From the NCBI GenBank assembly GCA_965199855.1, contig OZ241326.1:640001-704000 (forward strand): a stretch of 64,000 nucleotides of DNA, in the 5' to 3' direction. Every line of letters begins with the position of its first letter. Position 1 is the stretch's first letter. The notes under the pieces were generated by a model. It saw only the letters and a list, made by a program, of their open reading frames with translations. It did no database searches and was not told the DNA's origin. The position numbers and the translations under genes are program-made. This document shows positions 48,209 through 58,631 of this stretch, piece by piece. The DNA is from a bacterium (lineage in GTDB: Bacteria; UBA8248).

Positions 48209-48949
48209 ATGGACAGGGGAATCTGGGCGTCCTGGTATGATCTGCCCGAGGACGGCAGGGAAGCCTACTGCGCGTGGCTGCACGGGGAGCATCTGCCGGC
48301 GATGCTCGCGCGGCCGGGCCTTCTGTGGGCGGCGCACTACGAGCTCGCCGGCGGCGGCGCGCGAATGGAGCAGGTGAAGGCGGACGCGCTCTCCTACGCG
48401 AAGGAGGGGGAGGTTCCCTCGGGCACCCAGTTCGTCCTTCTCTTCGGCGCGCCCTCTCCCCACGTGTTCTTTCAGCCCGACGTGGACGGGATCGAGGGCG
48501 GGCGGACGGCCGGGGCGCGCGCCATGCTGGGGCTTCGCGCCGGGCTCCGCGTCTGCGTGTTCAGCGAGGAGGCGCGCGTGGAGGGCCCCGACGCGGGCGC
48601 GAGGGGCCCCGGCATCACGCCCGGCCCCGCGATTCAGATGGGCCAGTTCCGCGCCGAGGACGCCGCGGCCGAGCGCGAGCTGGGCGCGTGGTACGCGCAG
48701 TATCGCCTCAGGTTCATGGAGGGGATGCCGGGCTGCGTCGGCGCGAGGAAGCTGCTCTCGGCGGCCGGCTGGGCCAAGCATTCGATTCTCTACGAGTTCA
48801 CCTCGCTCGAGGCGAGGCATGAGGGGTTTCAGGAGCACGAGAGCCTCTCGCTGGACGCGAGCCAGTGGTCGGGCCGCGTGGTGCGGAAGCTCATTCACGC
48901 CCCCGGCAGCCCGAGCGTGGGACGCCGCCTGTGGCCTCCGGCGCAGTGA
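48209..48949 (+). CDS. EthD/DUF4286-like alpha-beta barrel protein
   Basis: WLHGEHLP...RPG and WY...MPGC...ILYEF halves. Confidence 0.7.
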   Translation: MDRGIWASWYDLPEDGREAYCAWLHGEHLPAMLARPGLLWAAHYELAGGGARMEQVKADALSYAKEGEVPSGTQFVLLFGAPSPHVFFQPDVDGIEGGRTAGARAMLGLRAGLRVCVFSEEARVEGPDAGARGPGITPGPAIQMGQFRAEDAAAERELGAWYAQYRLRFMEGMPGCVGARKLLSAAGWAKHSILYEFTSLEARHEGFQEHESLSLDASQWSGRVVRKLIHAPGSPSVGRRLWPPAQ

Positions 48950-48977
48950 GGCCGCCCGGACGAGGGAGGAGATTCGC

Positions 48978-49640
48978 ATGGCGCATCTGCCGATTCTGAC
49001 GGACGAGGAGGCGGGCCCCGAGGCCCGGGTGGTGTTCGAGGCGAGCCGGCGGATGTTCGGCCGCGTGGCGAACGCCATCCGGATGAGCGCGGCCAGCCCC
49101 AGGGTGCTCCAGCCGCTTTTCGGCTTTCTGGTGTCGCTGTGCCGGGAGGAGATCACCGGCGCGCTCGACGCGAGGACGAAGGCGCTGCTGATCCTCAAGA
49201 CCTCGATGGAGAACGGGTGCAAATACTGAACGGCGCACAACGTCACGTTCGGTCGGGCGTGCGGGCTGTCGGACGAGCAGATTGACGCCGTGAGGGAGGA
49301 CGCCTACCAGGAGTCGGGCCTGTTCACCGCCGCCGAGAAGGCGGCCGTCTCCTGGGCGCATCACCTGACGAAATACACCTTCGGCAGGCACCCCGAGGCC
49401 CTGGCCGAGATGAAGAGGCACTACGATCACGCCCAGGTCGTCGAGGCGACGCTGGTGTCCGGCTACTTCAACATGTGGAACCGCTTCACCGACGCCCTGG
49501 AGAGCGACCTGGAGGGCGCGGACCAGATGAGCCTTTTCACCAAATCCGCCGTGATCGACAAGCGGGACTTCGCGGAGTTTATGAACAAGTGCTGGTGGGC
49601 GGAGGAGGGAGCGTCCGCCGGAGGCGGGGAGCGCGGCTGA
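48978..49640 (+). CDS. AhpD/carboxymuconolactone decarboxylase-like protein, predicted selenoprotein (UGA at 49227-49229)
   Basis: SMENGCKY-UGA-TAH matches the NxCxYCxxH motif. The frame continues into EKAAVSWA...FNMWNRF. GGAGGAG RBS. Confidence 0.88.
49241..49263 (+). promoter_or_regulatory. Candidate bacterial SECIS hairpin of the AhpD-like gene
   Basis: CG-(bulged U)-CACGUUC-GGUC-GGGCGUG-CG, 11 nt after the UGA. Confidence 0.7.
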
Positions 49641-49668
49641 GCGGGCGCTTCGCCGCGCCGGCGGGCTT

Positions 49669-50259
49669 TCAGTCGGCTTCCCGCTTCTCGCCGCGGATCA
49701 GCGTCCCTATCAGCGCCCTCCGCGCCCGGAGCAGGAGCGCGGCGAGCGCGCAGGCGAGGCACATCAGGGGGAGGCTCCCCCCGCCGGCGAGGACGGCCAC
49801 GGCGGGCATCAGCGCGATGGCGATGAGCTCCCCGTGGTCGCGCCTGCCCGTGAGCGCGAAGACGAGCAGGGCGAGCGTCGCGCAGATCAGCAGGGTGAAC
49901 GGGGAGGCGCCGAGCAGAACCCCCGCCGCGCTCGCCGTTCCGCGCCCCCCCCGGAACCCGTGAGGCAGGGGCAGCGCCTCGCCGGCGACGACGGCCGCCC
50001 CCGCCGCCGCGGCGACCCAGGGCGAGCCGCTCACCCGCCAGGCGAGGCCCATCGCCAGCTGCGCCTTCAGGAAGTCGGCGAGGAGCACGAGCAGCCCCAC
50101 GCGCTTTCCCAGCGCGCTCCATGCGCCCTCGAAGTCGAGCGTCCCCTCTCCCCAGGCGCGCGCGTCCTCCCCCCGCGCCCTGGCGGCCCAGAAGGCGGGG
50201 GAGAGGGAGCCCAGGGCGTAGGCGGCGGCCATGGCCGCGGCGAGAGAAAAGAGGTTCAA
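49669..50259 (-). CDS. plsY: Glycerol-3-phosphate acyltransferase PlsY-like (divergent)
   Basis: AYALGS, DFLKA and FRGGRG motifs; multi-TM. Confidence 0.7.
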   Translation of the reverse strand: MNLFSLAAAMAAAYALGSLSPAFWAARARGEDARAWGEGTLDFEGAWSALGKRVGLLVLLADFLKAQLAMGLAWRVSGSPWVAAAAGAAVVAGEALPLPHGFRGGRGTASAAGVLLGASPFTLLICATLALLVFALTGRRDHGELIAIALMPAVAVLAGGGSLPLMCLACALAALLLRARRALIGTLIRGEKREAD

Positions 50260-50348
50260 GAAAGTCTCCCGATGGGTGAGGCGTCCGCCTCTATCTTGCG
50301 GGATTCTCCCGCCCGTGAAAAGCCCCCGCCGCGGCGCGCCGCCATCCC

Positions 50349-50485
50349 GTAGGGGTCGTTCGGGGACGCCCCGCCGCCTCCGTTGCGAATCTTTCTTGAA
50401 AACGGGCGATCACAGAGCCCCGCCCTTACGGAACCGTCGGCCATGGGCGACCACCCCGAACGGGCGGTTCACGAACCGCCCCTAC
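50349..50485. repeat. Cluster of GTAG-type REP-like palindromes
   Basis: GTAGGGGCGGTTCGTGAACCGCCC (minus, 50462-50485), with degenerate copies at 50349 (plus) and 50404-50429 (minus). Confidence 0.65.
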
Positions 50486-50871
50486 GGAACCCTCGGCGCC
50501 CGCTCGGCGAGGACGGCGGATGCGCTTTTGCCGATTTCGACAAAATCAGACAAATTCACGGCCTTATCCTGCAAATAGACAGCTGTTTTCCACCTTTTAG
50601 AGACCCTTTGACGACCCCGTTCAATCCCCGGTTCGCCCGCCTTCCCTCCCCCCGCGGGCGCACTCCCGCCGCATCAGAAATATAACCCGGCCCGGCGCCG
50701 TCTCCGCCTCGCAAATGCGGGCAGTTGCGGGCAGATGCGCGCGAGGCGTCTCCGTGGGGCGTTTCGAGGGCTGGATTTTCGGGGAAAATACCCGTTTCCC
50801 AAGCGCGATCCGCCCGGGGACGACCGCCCGGCGGCGGTTCCGATGGCTTTCTTCCGCGCGCCGCGGGCGCT

Positions 50872-51582
<711 letters not shown>

Positions 51583-51583
51583 G

Positions 51584-52339
51584 TCACTCCGCCTTTCCGA
51601 GGTAGATTTCCTGCACCCGGGGGTCGCTGCGGATTTCCTCGCTGGGGCCCTCGGCGAGAACCTCGCCGTAGTGCAGGACGCTGATGCGGGAGACGACCTC
51701 GAAGATGACGTCCAGGTCGTGCTCGATGAGGAGAATGGCGATTCCGGGGTCGAGCGACTTCAGGAAGTTCGCCATCTCGCGGGATTCGCCCGTCGCCAGG
51801 CCGGCGGAGGGCTCGTCCAGAAGCAGGACTTTCGGGTCGCTCGCCAGGGCGAGGACGATCTCGAGCTGGCGCTGCTCCCCGTGCGAGAGGCTGCGCACCT
51901 CCTGATCCCGCAGGTGCCAGAAGTTCACCTCGCCGAGCAGCTTCTCCGCCTTCTCGTACACCTCCGCGTATCCCGAAAGCGGCCTGAGCATCGCCATCTT
52001 CATCTTCCGCAGGCCCTGGACGGCGAGCAGGACGTTGTCGAGCACGGTGAGCTTCGGAAACAGGCTGGTGATCTGGAAGGTGCGCGCCATGCCCAGCGCC
52101 GCGCGCCTGTGGGTGGGCCACCCCGAAACGTCGCGCCCGAAGAGGCGGATGCGGCCCGAGGTGAGCGGCAGCACGCCCGTGATGAGGTGGAACAGGGTCG
52201 TTTTCCCCGCGCCGTTGGGGCCCAGGATTCCCCGCCGCTCGCCGGCGCGAAGGCGCAGGTTCACGTCCTCCACGGCGCGCAGGCCGCCGAAGCGCCTGGT
52301 TACGCCCTCGAGCTCCAGCCCCGGCTGCGCGTTCGTCAA
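51584..52339 (-). CDS. livG: Branched-chain amino acid-type ABC ATPase (LivG-like)
   Basis: GPNGAGKT, ARTFQ, LDEP and IEHD motifs. Confidence 0.9.
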   Translation of the reverse strand: MTNAQPGLELEGVTRRFGGLRAVEDVNLRLRAGERRGILGPNGAGKTTLFHLITGVLPLTSGRIRLFGRDVSGWPTHRRAALGMARTFQITSLFPKLTVLDNVLLAVQGLRKMKMAMLRPLSGYAEVYEKAEKLLGEVNFWHLRDQEVRSLSHGEQRQLEIVLALASDPKVLLLDEPSAGLATGESREMANFLKSLDPGIAILLIEHDLDVIFEVVSRISVLHYGEVLAEGPSEEIRSDPRVQEIYLGKAE

Positions 52340-52421
52340 GGCGCGTTCGACTCCCCCTGAAGGCCCGGCGCGAACCGGCCGCCCGCGCCCTGAAGCCGCG
52401 GGCGGCCGGATTCGCCCCGCG

Positions 52422-53675
52422 CTACCTGCAATGCGGGCAGGGCGGATGCTTCTTGCTGTAGACGGGCTGCTTGAGGAAGTCCTCCGCCTTCCACTTCCAG
52501 AACTGCCCGACGGCCGGATAGGTCTTGATCACGACGTTCCACAGCGAGTTGGGCTTCACGCCCAGGCCCAGGCGGTCGCCCTTCACGCGCGCCACCCGGC
52601 GGATGTAGCTGTTCTGCACCGGATTGCCGTATGCGTCCAGGTATACGGGGCCCCGGATGGCGTTGATGCGGATGGTCTTGAACGCCTCGAGGAAGGCGTC
52701 CGCGTTCTCGGGCTTGTAGCCGATTTTCTTGAGGGTGAGGTCCACCCACTGGCCGGTGGTGTAGGTGGTCTCGGAGTAGTAGGAGGCCATTTTCCCGTAG
52801 CGCTGCTGGTATTCCCTGACGAACGCCTTGTTCTTCTCCGTCTCCAGGGCGGCGCTGTATTGCGCGGCCGTCACGTAGCCGAGCGCCTCGTCCCCCATGC
52901 TGGGGAGGATGAACTCGTCCGCGCTCGTCACCCCGCCGAGCATGGGCATTTTGAAGCCGGCGGCGCGGAACTGCTTCGGGAAGGCCAGGGACATCGGGCC
53001 GACCATGAGGGTGAAGATGGCGTCGGCGTCCTTGGGCACCTGCGGGAGATAGGGGCCGAAGTCCTTCGTTCCGAGCTTCGCCCATATCTTCTTGACGATC
53101 TTCCCGCCGCGCGCCTCGAACGCCTTGTGGAAGCCGCCCACCGTCTCGTAGCCGAAGGCGTAGTCCGCGCCGATGGTGACGACGCGGCGGTAGCCCTGGT
53201 CGTAGGCCCACTCGGCGAGGGGGTGGCTGTTCTGGCTGCTCGTGAAGCCGCTGCGCAGGAAATACTTGAAGAGCTTGCGCTGGGTGAGGTCGTCCGCCGC
53301 CGGCACGGGCGAGATGTAGGGCACCTTGAAGCGGTTGGCGACCGGCGCGAGGGCGTAGCCGGTGCTGGCGAGCAGGCCGCCCATGAACATGTGCACCTTG
53401 TCGCGCTTGATGAGCTTGAGCGCCTTGCGCACGTTCACGGCCGGCTTGCCGGTGGAGTCCTCGAGGATGAACTTCACGTCCAGGGGTCCCATCTTGTTCT
53501 TCGCGTGCGCCAGGTACATCCTGAAGCCGTTGCTCATGTCCTTGCCGATCTGGGCGAAGATGCCCGTCATCGGCGCGATGAAGCCGATGCGCACCTCGGC
53601 CGCCCGCGCGCCGCCGACTCCGGCGGAGAGCGCGAGGGCGAGCCCTGCGATGATGGCGATGAGTCTGCGCTTCAT
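52422..53675 (-). CDS. LivK/LivJ-type ABC substrate-binding protein
   Basis: Signal peptide, IGFIAPMTG and DYAFG motifs; operon context. Confidence 0.88.
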   Translation of the reverse strand: MKRRLIAIIAGLALALSAGVGGARAAEVRIGFIAPMTGIFAQIGKDMSNGFRMYLAHAKNKMGPLDVKFILEDSTGKPAVNVRKALKLIKRDKVHMFMGGLLASTGYALAPVANRFKVPYISPVPAADDLTQRKLFKYFLRSGFTSSQNSHPLAEWAYDQGYRRVVTIGADYAFGYETVGGFHKAFEARGGKIVKKIWAKLGTKDFGPYLPQVPKDADAIFTLMVGPMSLAFPKQFRAAGFKMPMLGGVTSADEFILPSMGDEALGYVTAAQYSAALETEKNKAFVREYQQRYGKMASYYSETTYTTGQWVDLTLKKIGYKPENADAFLEAFKTIRINAIRGPVYLDAYGNPVQNSYIRRVARVKGDRLGLGVKPNSLWNVVIKTYPAVGQFWKWKAEDFLKQPVYSKKHPPCPHCR

Positions 53676-53720
53676 GTCTTTTCCCTCCGTTTGCTCAGGG
53701 TGCTTCGGGCCGCGCCCTCC

Positions 53721-54746
53721 TCAGCCCTCGCGGGCCTCCGGGGGCGCGGCGGGTTTGCGGAACCTGCCGAACAGTCCGAGAATTCCCTCGACGCCGTAGA
53801 GGCGTCCCAGCATGATGGTGATGATGTAGATGGCGCCCAGGATCAGGGGCCAGCGCTCCACGTAGATGCTGATGAACTGCTGGAGCGAGCGGATGATGGC
53901 CGCGCCGATGACGGGGCCGACCAAGGTGGCGGGGCCGCCCAGCGCCACCATGAACAGGGCCTCGGCCGAGGTGATGAGCTCGATGTCCGGCGGACTCACG
54001 AACAGGTTGAACAGCGTCCACATCACCCCCGAGACGCCGCTGAAGACGCCCGCGATGATGAAGGCGAGGTATTTGTGGAGCCAGATGTTGTAGCCCAGCA
54101 TCTCCATGCGCTCCTCGCGTTCCCGGATGCCGACCAGCGTCTTTCCGAAGGGGCTACGCGTGAAGAGATGCAGGAGGCCGAGGCAGGCGAGAAACACCGC
54201 GAGCGTGAAGTAGAAGAACGGAATTTCCGACTCCAGCGAAAGGCCGAGCAGCGAGGGTCTGCCGGGGACGCTGATGCCGTTGTCGCCCTCCGTCACCGCG
54301 CTCCAGCGGTAGGCCAGCCCCCAGACGACCATGGCGAGGGAGAGCGTGATCATCAGGAAATACACGCCCACGGCGCGGATGGCCAGAAAGCCGAAGAACG
54401 CGGCGAAGGCGAGGGCCACGAGGATTCCGAAGAGGAAGATGAAGAAGACGCCCAGCCCCAGCGCGTCCGCCCACTGGAAGGCGGCGTAGGTCCACGTCCA
54501 GTCCTCCTTGGTCATGACGATGGCCGTGGCGTAGGAGGCGACGCCGAAGTAGGCGGCGTGCCCCAGGGAGGCGAGGCCGGTGAAGCCCAGCAGGATATCC
54601 AGGCTCATGGCGAGGATGCCGAAGACGAGAATCTCCGTCACGAGGCTCTGCATGAAGAGGTCGAGAAACGGCGTGACGGCGCCCAGGGCGGCGAACGCGC
54701 CCAGAGCGAGCGCCGCGCGCGCCTTCTCGGAGGAGCTCCCGCCCAC
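53721..54746 (-). CDS. livM: LivM-type permease
   Basis: GFTGLASLGHAAYFG, YFLMITL and IRE motifs. Confidence 0.88.
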   Translation of the reverse strand: MGGSSSEKARAALALGAFAALGAVTPFLDLFMQSLVTEILVFGILAMSLDILLGFTGLASLGHAAYFGVASYATAIVMTKEDWTWTYAAFQWADALGLGVFFIFLFGILVALAFAAFFGFLAIRAVGVYFLMITLSLAMVVWGLAYRWSAVTEGDNGISVPGRPSLLGLSLESEIPFFYFTLAVFLACLGLLHLFTRSPFGKTLVGIREREERMEMLGYNIWLHKYLAFIIAGVFSGVSGVMWTLFNLFVSPPDIELITSAEALFMVALGGPATLVGPVIGAAIIRSLQQFISIYVERWPLILGAIYIITIMLGRLYGVEGILGLFGRFRKPAAPPEAREG

Positions 54747-54749
54747 GGC

Positions 54750-55847
54750 TCAGCCCTTTCCGAAGAGGCCGGTCGGCCTGATCGCCAGAATGACGGCCAT
54801 GGGCGCGAAGAGCGCGAAGTAGGAGAGCTCGGGAAACAGCGCGGTGCCGAAGTTCTCGATGAAGCCGACCACGACGCTGCCCAGGACGGCGCCGCCCAGA
54901 CTGCCGAGGCCGCCGATGATCACCACGGCGAACGCATAGGGGAGGATCTCGAAGTCGAGCCCCGGATAGACGCCGAAGAACGCGCCGCCCACCACGCCGC
55001 CCATGGCGGCCAGAAGCGCGCCGATGGCGAAGATCGCCATCTGCACGACGTTCGTGTTGACGCCGACGCCGCGCGCCATCTCGGGGTCGTCCACCGCCGC
55101 GCGCATGATGGCGCCGAGGCGGGTGCGCTCGATGCCGAGGAACAGCGCCGCCGCCACCAGGACGGCGACGAGGATCATGAAGGCGCGGTATTGGGGAAGG
55201 GAGAGGCCCCAGACCACCGCGCTGTGGTTGAGCGGCCAGGGCTGCTTCAGCATGAAGTTGTCCCCGCCCCAGGTGTAGAGCGAGCCGTCCTGGAGGATGA
55301 AGGCGAAGCCTATCGTCACGAGCACCTGCGCGAGGGTGTCCTGCCCCAGGCGGCGCAGAAAGAAGCGCTCGATGAGCATTCCGCACAGCGCCGCGACCGA
55401 GAGCGCGGCGGCGGCGGCGGCGATCATGCCCGCGAGGTTCACGTGGTCCACGGGCTGGACGGGCACGCGCGGAAAGAAGAGCTCGAAGACGTTGAAGCCC
55501 CACGCCAGGCCGCTCGCCGCCTCCAGGAGGGCGTAGGCGAGGAGCAGCGCGGGCGCGGCGCGCCGGGGGGGAACGTATCCCGTGAGGACGCGCCACGCGA
55601 GATAGAGCAGCGCCCACGAGGCCAGCTGGACGACGCGCGGCAGCAGGCTCAGGGAGCCGAAGACGACGTTGTAGAACTCGAGCGCCAGGTAGCCGGCGAA
55701 CAGGAAGAAGGCGGCGTGGGCGAGGTTCACGATGCGCATCACGCCGAAGATGAGCGAGAGGCCGCTCGCGAGGAGAAACAGGATGGCGGCGTAGGAGAGG
55801 GAGTTGTAGCTCAGGACGAGGATGTTTGTGAAGCTCAGAGTGGTCAT
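54750..55847 (-). CDS. livH: LivH-type permease
   Basis: GLSLIFGVMRIVNLAH and IIGGLGS motifs. Confidence 0.88.
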   Translation of the reverse strand: MTTLSFTNILVLSYNSLSYAAILFLLASGLSLIFGVMRIVNLAHAAFFLFAGYLALEFYNVVFGSLSLLPRVVQLASWALLYLAWRVLTGYVPPRRAAPALLLAYALLEAASGLAWGFNVFELFFPRVPVQPVDHVNLAGMIAAAAAALSVAALCGMLIERFFLRRLGQDTLAQVLVTIGFAFILQDGSLYTWGGDNFMLKQPWPLNHSAVVWGLSLPQYRAFMILVAVLVAAALFLGIERTRLGAIMRAAVDDPEMARGVGVNTNVVQMAIFAIGALLAAMGGVVGGAFFGVYPGLDFEILPYAFAVVIIGGLGSLGGAVLGSVVVGFIENFGTALFPELSYFALFAPMAVILAIRPTGLFGKG

Positions 55848-56115
55848 TCACGCCTCGCTGCCGCCGGGGAGGAGGCGCCGCGCAAGCGGGGGGCGGGCGC
55901 CTCGCCGGATCGTCGGTTCGCATGAGCGCAGAAATGAAACAAGGCCTCATTATGCGCCCGGTTCCGGGCGGCGGTCAAGGCGGCGATGGTTCCGCGCTGG
56001 CGCAGGGCCGCGCGGAAGGATAAGGTTCGGGGGGCCGGCCTTTCGGTTCGGCGGGCGCCCCGGCATGGGGCCTTTCGGTTTCGCTTCGGGGAAGGGGAGG
56101 CTTCGCTCCGCTCGA

Positions 56116-57384
56116 ATGGATAGGCGCGCCGGGGCTTCGGAGGAGAGGATTTTCAGGAACGCCCGAATCGACTCGGGGGGCTCCCCGGTCGATTTGCGGG
56201 TCGCGCGGGGGCGATTCGCGGAGATCGCCCCGAACCTCGAAAACGCGGCGGGCTGCGGGGAGACGGACCTGGGCGGCCGCGTCGCGCTGCCCGCGCTCGT
56301 GGAGAGCCACATTCACCTGGACAAGGCGTTTCTGGAGGAGCGCGCCCCCAACCTGTCTGGGTCGCTCGCGGACGCCATCGCCGTCACCCTCGAACTCAAA
56401 AGGAGCGTGACGAAGCGGGACATGATGGAGCGCGCCGAGCGCGCCCTGCGCATGGCGATGCGCCACGGCGCCGGATGGTTCCGCGCGCAGGTGGAGGTGG
56501 ACCCCGTCGTCGGGCTCAAGGGAATGGAGGTCGCCCTGGAGCTCAGGGAGAAGTATTCGGGCCTCGCGGACTTTCAGCTGGTCGTCTTCCCGCAGGAGGG
56601 CATCGAGCAGCGGCCGGGGACGGAGGAGTTGATGCGCGAGGCGATGCGGATGGGCGGAGACCTCGTGGGCGGAATCCCCTACAACGACCTCGACCCCGAG
56701 CGGCACCTGGACGTCGTTTTCGGGATGGCCGAGGCGTTCGGCTGCGGGCTGGATTTTCATCTGGACTTCTCCGACAGCCCGGCTGATCGGAGAATCGAAT
56801 CCGTGGCCGCGCGAACCATCGCGGCGGGGCTTCAGGGGCGGGTGGCCGTCGGACACCTCACCTCGCTCGGAAGCATGGAGGAGGCCGCGGCCGCGCCCCT
56901 CATCGAGAAGATTCTCGAGGCGGACATCTCCGTCCTGCCGCTGCCGGCGACCGACCTGTTCCTGGGCGGCAGGGGGGAGAGGCCGCCCCGCTTCCGGGGA
57001 CTCGCTCCGGTGAAGTCCCTCCTGGACGCGGGCGTGAACGTCGCCATCTCCTCGAACAACGTCCGAAACGCCTTCACGCCCTCGGGGAGGGGAGACTTGC
57101 TCGAGCTCGGCCTTCTCCTCGCCCACGCCCTTCACATGAGCGGCGCGGCGGAGAGGGGCGCGATCCCCGCGCTTTTCACGACCAACGGCGCGAGGGCGCT
57201 CGGGGTGGAGGAGGACTACGGCCTGCGCCCCGGACGCGCGGCGGACTTCGTGGTTCTCGATTCGGCGAACTTCGGTGACGTCCTCATCGATCAGCCCGAG
57301 AAGCGCTTCGTGGTGAAGGGCGGGCGCGTCATCGTGGAGAACGTCGCGGAGACGACCTGGCGGGAGACGGCCGGATGGGCGTGA
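56116..57384 (+). CDS. Cytosine deaminase-like amidohydrolase
   Basis: ESHIHLDKA, FPQEG, DFHLD and VAVGH motifs. Confidence 0.88.
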   Translation: MDRRAGASEERIFRNARIDSGGSPVDLRVARGRFAEIAPNLENAAGCGETDLGGRVALPALVESHIHLDKAFLEERAPNLSGSLADAIAVTLELKRSVTKRDMMERAERALRMAMRHGAGWFRAQVEVDPVVGLKGMEVALELREKYSGLADFQLVVFPQEGIEQRPGTEELMREAMRMGGDLVGGIPYNDLDPERHLDVVFGMAEAFGCGLDFHLDFSDSPADRRIESVAARTIAAGLQGRVAVGHLTSLGSMEEAAAAPLIEKILEADISVLPLPATDLFLGGRGERPPRFRGLAPVKSLLDAGVNVAISSNNVRNAFTPSGRGDLLELGLLLAHALHMSGAAERGAIPALFTTNGARALGVEEDYGLRPGRAADFVVLDSANFGDVLIDQPEKRFVVKGGRVIVENVAETTWRETAGWA

Positions 57385-58625
57385 TTTCGGACGCGAACGA
57401 AGAGGCGCTCTCCCGCATCGTCGCCGCGGACCCCGTTCTGGCGGACGTGCGTCCGGCGGGCGAGGCGATTCGCGGCCTCGACGAGGGCGTCCTGCTCCAC
57501 GCCGGCCCCCCGATTGCCTGGGAGCGGATGTGCGGCCCCCTGCGCGGGGCGATCGCGGGGGCGGCCGTCCTCGAGGGATGGGCGGAGGATCTGGCCGCCG
57601 GGGAGGCGCTCGCCGCCTCGGGCGGCATCGCGTTTCACCCGAATCACCACTTCGGCGCCGTGGGCCCCATGACGGGCGTCACCACGCGCTCGATGCCGGT
57701 GATGATCGTGGAGAACAGGAGGTTCGGAAACCGCGCGTATTGCGCCCTCAACGAGGGTTTGGGGAAGGTGATGCGCTTCGGCGGAAACGACGAGGAGGTG
57801 CTGAGCCGCCTGCGCTGGCTGGCGGAGCGGCTGGCGCCCGCGCTCTCCGCCGCCCTGCGCTTCATGGGCGGCCTGCCGCTCAAGGGCATCATCGCGCGGG
57901 GGCTCGCGATGGGGGATGAAATGCACCAGCGCAACGCGGCCTGCACGAGCCTCTTCGTGCGCGAGACGGCTCCCGCCCTCGCGCGGACGGCGGGCGGCGC
58001 GGAGAGGCTGGAGGAGGTCTTCTCCTTCATGGGCGGCAACGACCAGTTCTTCCTGAACGCGGCGATGGCGGCGGGAAAGGCGGTGATGGACCCGGCGCGC
58101 GGCATCGAGGGGTCGAGCGTCGTCACGGCGATGTGCAGGAACGGCGCGGACTTCGGCATTCGGGTGAGCGGAACGGGGGACGCGTGGTTCACCGCGCCCG
58201 TGGAGATGCCGCGGGGGCTGTATTTTCCCGGCTTCGGCGAGGAGGACGCCAACCCGGACATGGGCGACTCCACGATCATCGAGACGATGGGGCTGGGCGG
58301 GTTCGCCATGGCGGCCGCCCCCGCCGTCGTCGGGTTCGTGGGGGCGGGGAGGGCGGCGGACGCGCTGAACTACACCCGCGCCATGTGGGAGATCACCCAG
58401 GGGCGCAACCCGGAGTGGTCGATTCCCGCCCTCGACTTTCAGGGCGTCCCGACGGGCATCGACGTGATGAAGGTGGTCAGGCTCGGGGTCGCGCCCGTCA
58501 TCAACACGGGCATCGCCCACAAAGAGCCCGGCGTCGGACAGGTCGGCGCGGGCGTGGTTCGCGCCCCGCTCGCCTGCTTCGAGCGGGCGCTTGAAGCCTT
58601 CGGCGCGAAGATGGGCGCGGTATGA
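57375..58625 (+). CDS. DUF1116 (YlbE/AllG-like) protein
   Basis: LLHAGPP, AVGPMTG, MGDEMHQRN, DMGDS and INTGIAH motifs. Confidence 0.88.
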   Translation: MGVISDANEEALSRIVAADPVLADVRPAGEAIRGLDEGVLLHAGPPIAWERMCGPLRGAIAGAAVLEGWAEDLAAGEALAASGGIAFHPNHHFGAVGPMTGVTTRSMPVMIVENRRFGNRAYCALNEGLGKVMRFGGNDEEVLSRLRWLAERLAPALSAALRFMGGLPLKGIIARGLAMGDEMHQRNAACTSLFVRETAPALARTAGGAERLEEVFSFMGGNDQFFLNAAMAAGKAVMDPARGIEGSSVVTAMCRNGADFGIRVSGTGDAWFTAPVEMPRGLYFPGFGEEDANPDMGDSTIIETMGLGGFAMAAAPAVVGFVGAGRAADALNYTRAMWEITQGRNPEWSIPALDFQGVPTGIDVMKVVRLGVAPVINTGIAHKEPGVGQVGAGVVRAPLACFERALEAFGAKMGAV

Positions 58626-58631
58626 GCGCGC

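Noticed and set aside
52035-55925. 1296-aa plus-strand ORF and other long antisense ORFs (e.g. 9961..12387, 35076..36608)
   Set aside because: These are shadow frames of well-supported opposite-strand genes in high-GC DNA.
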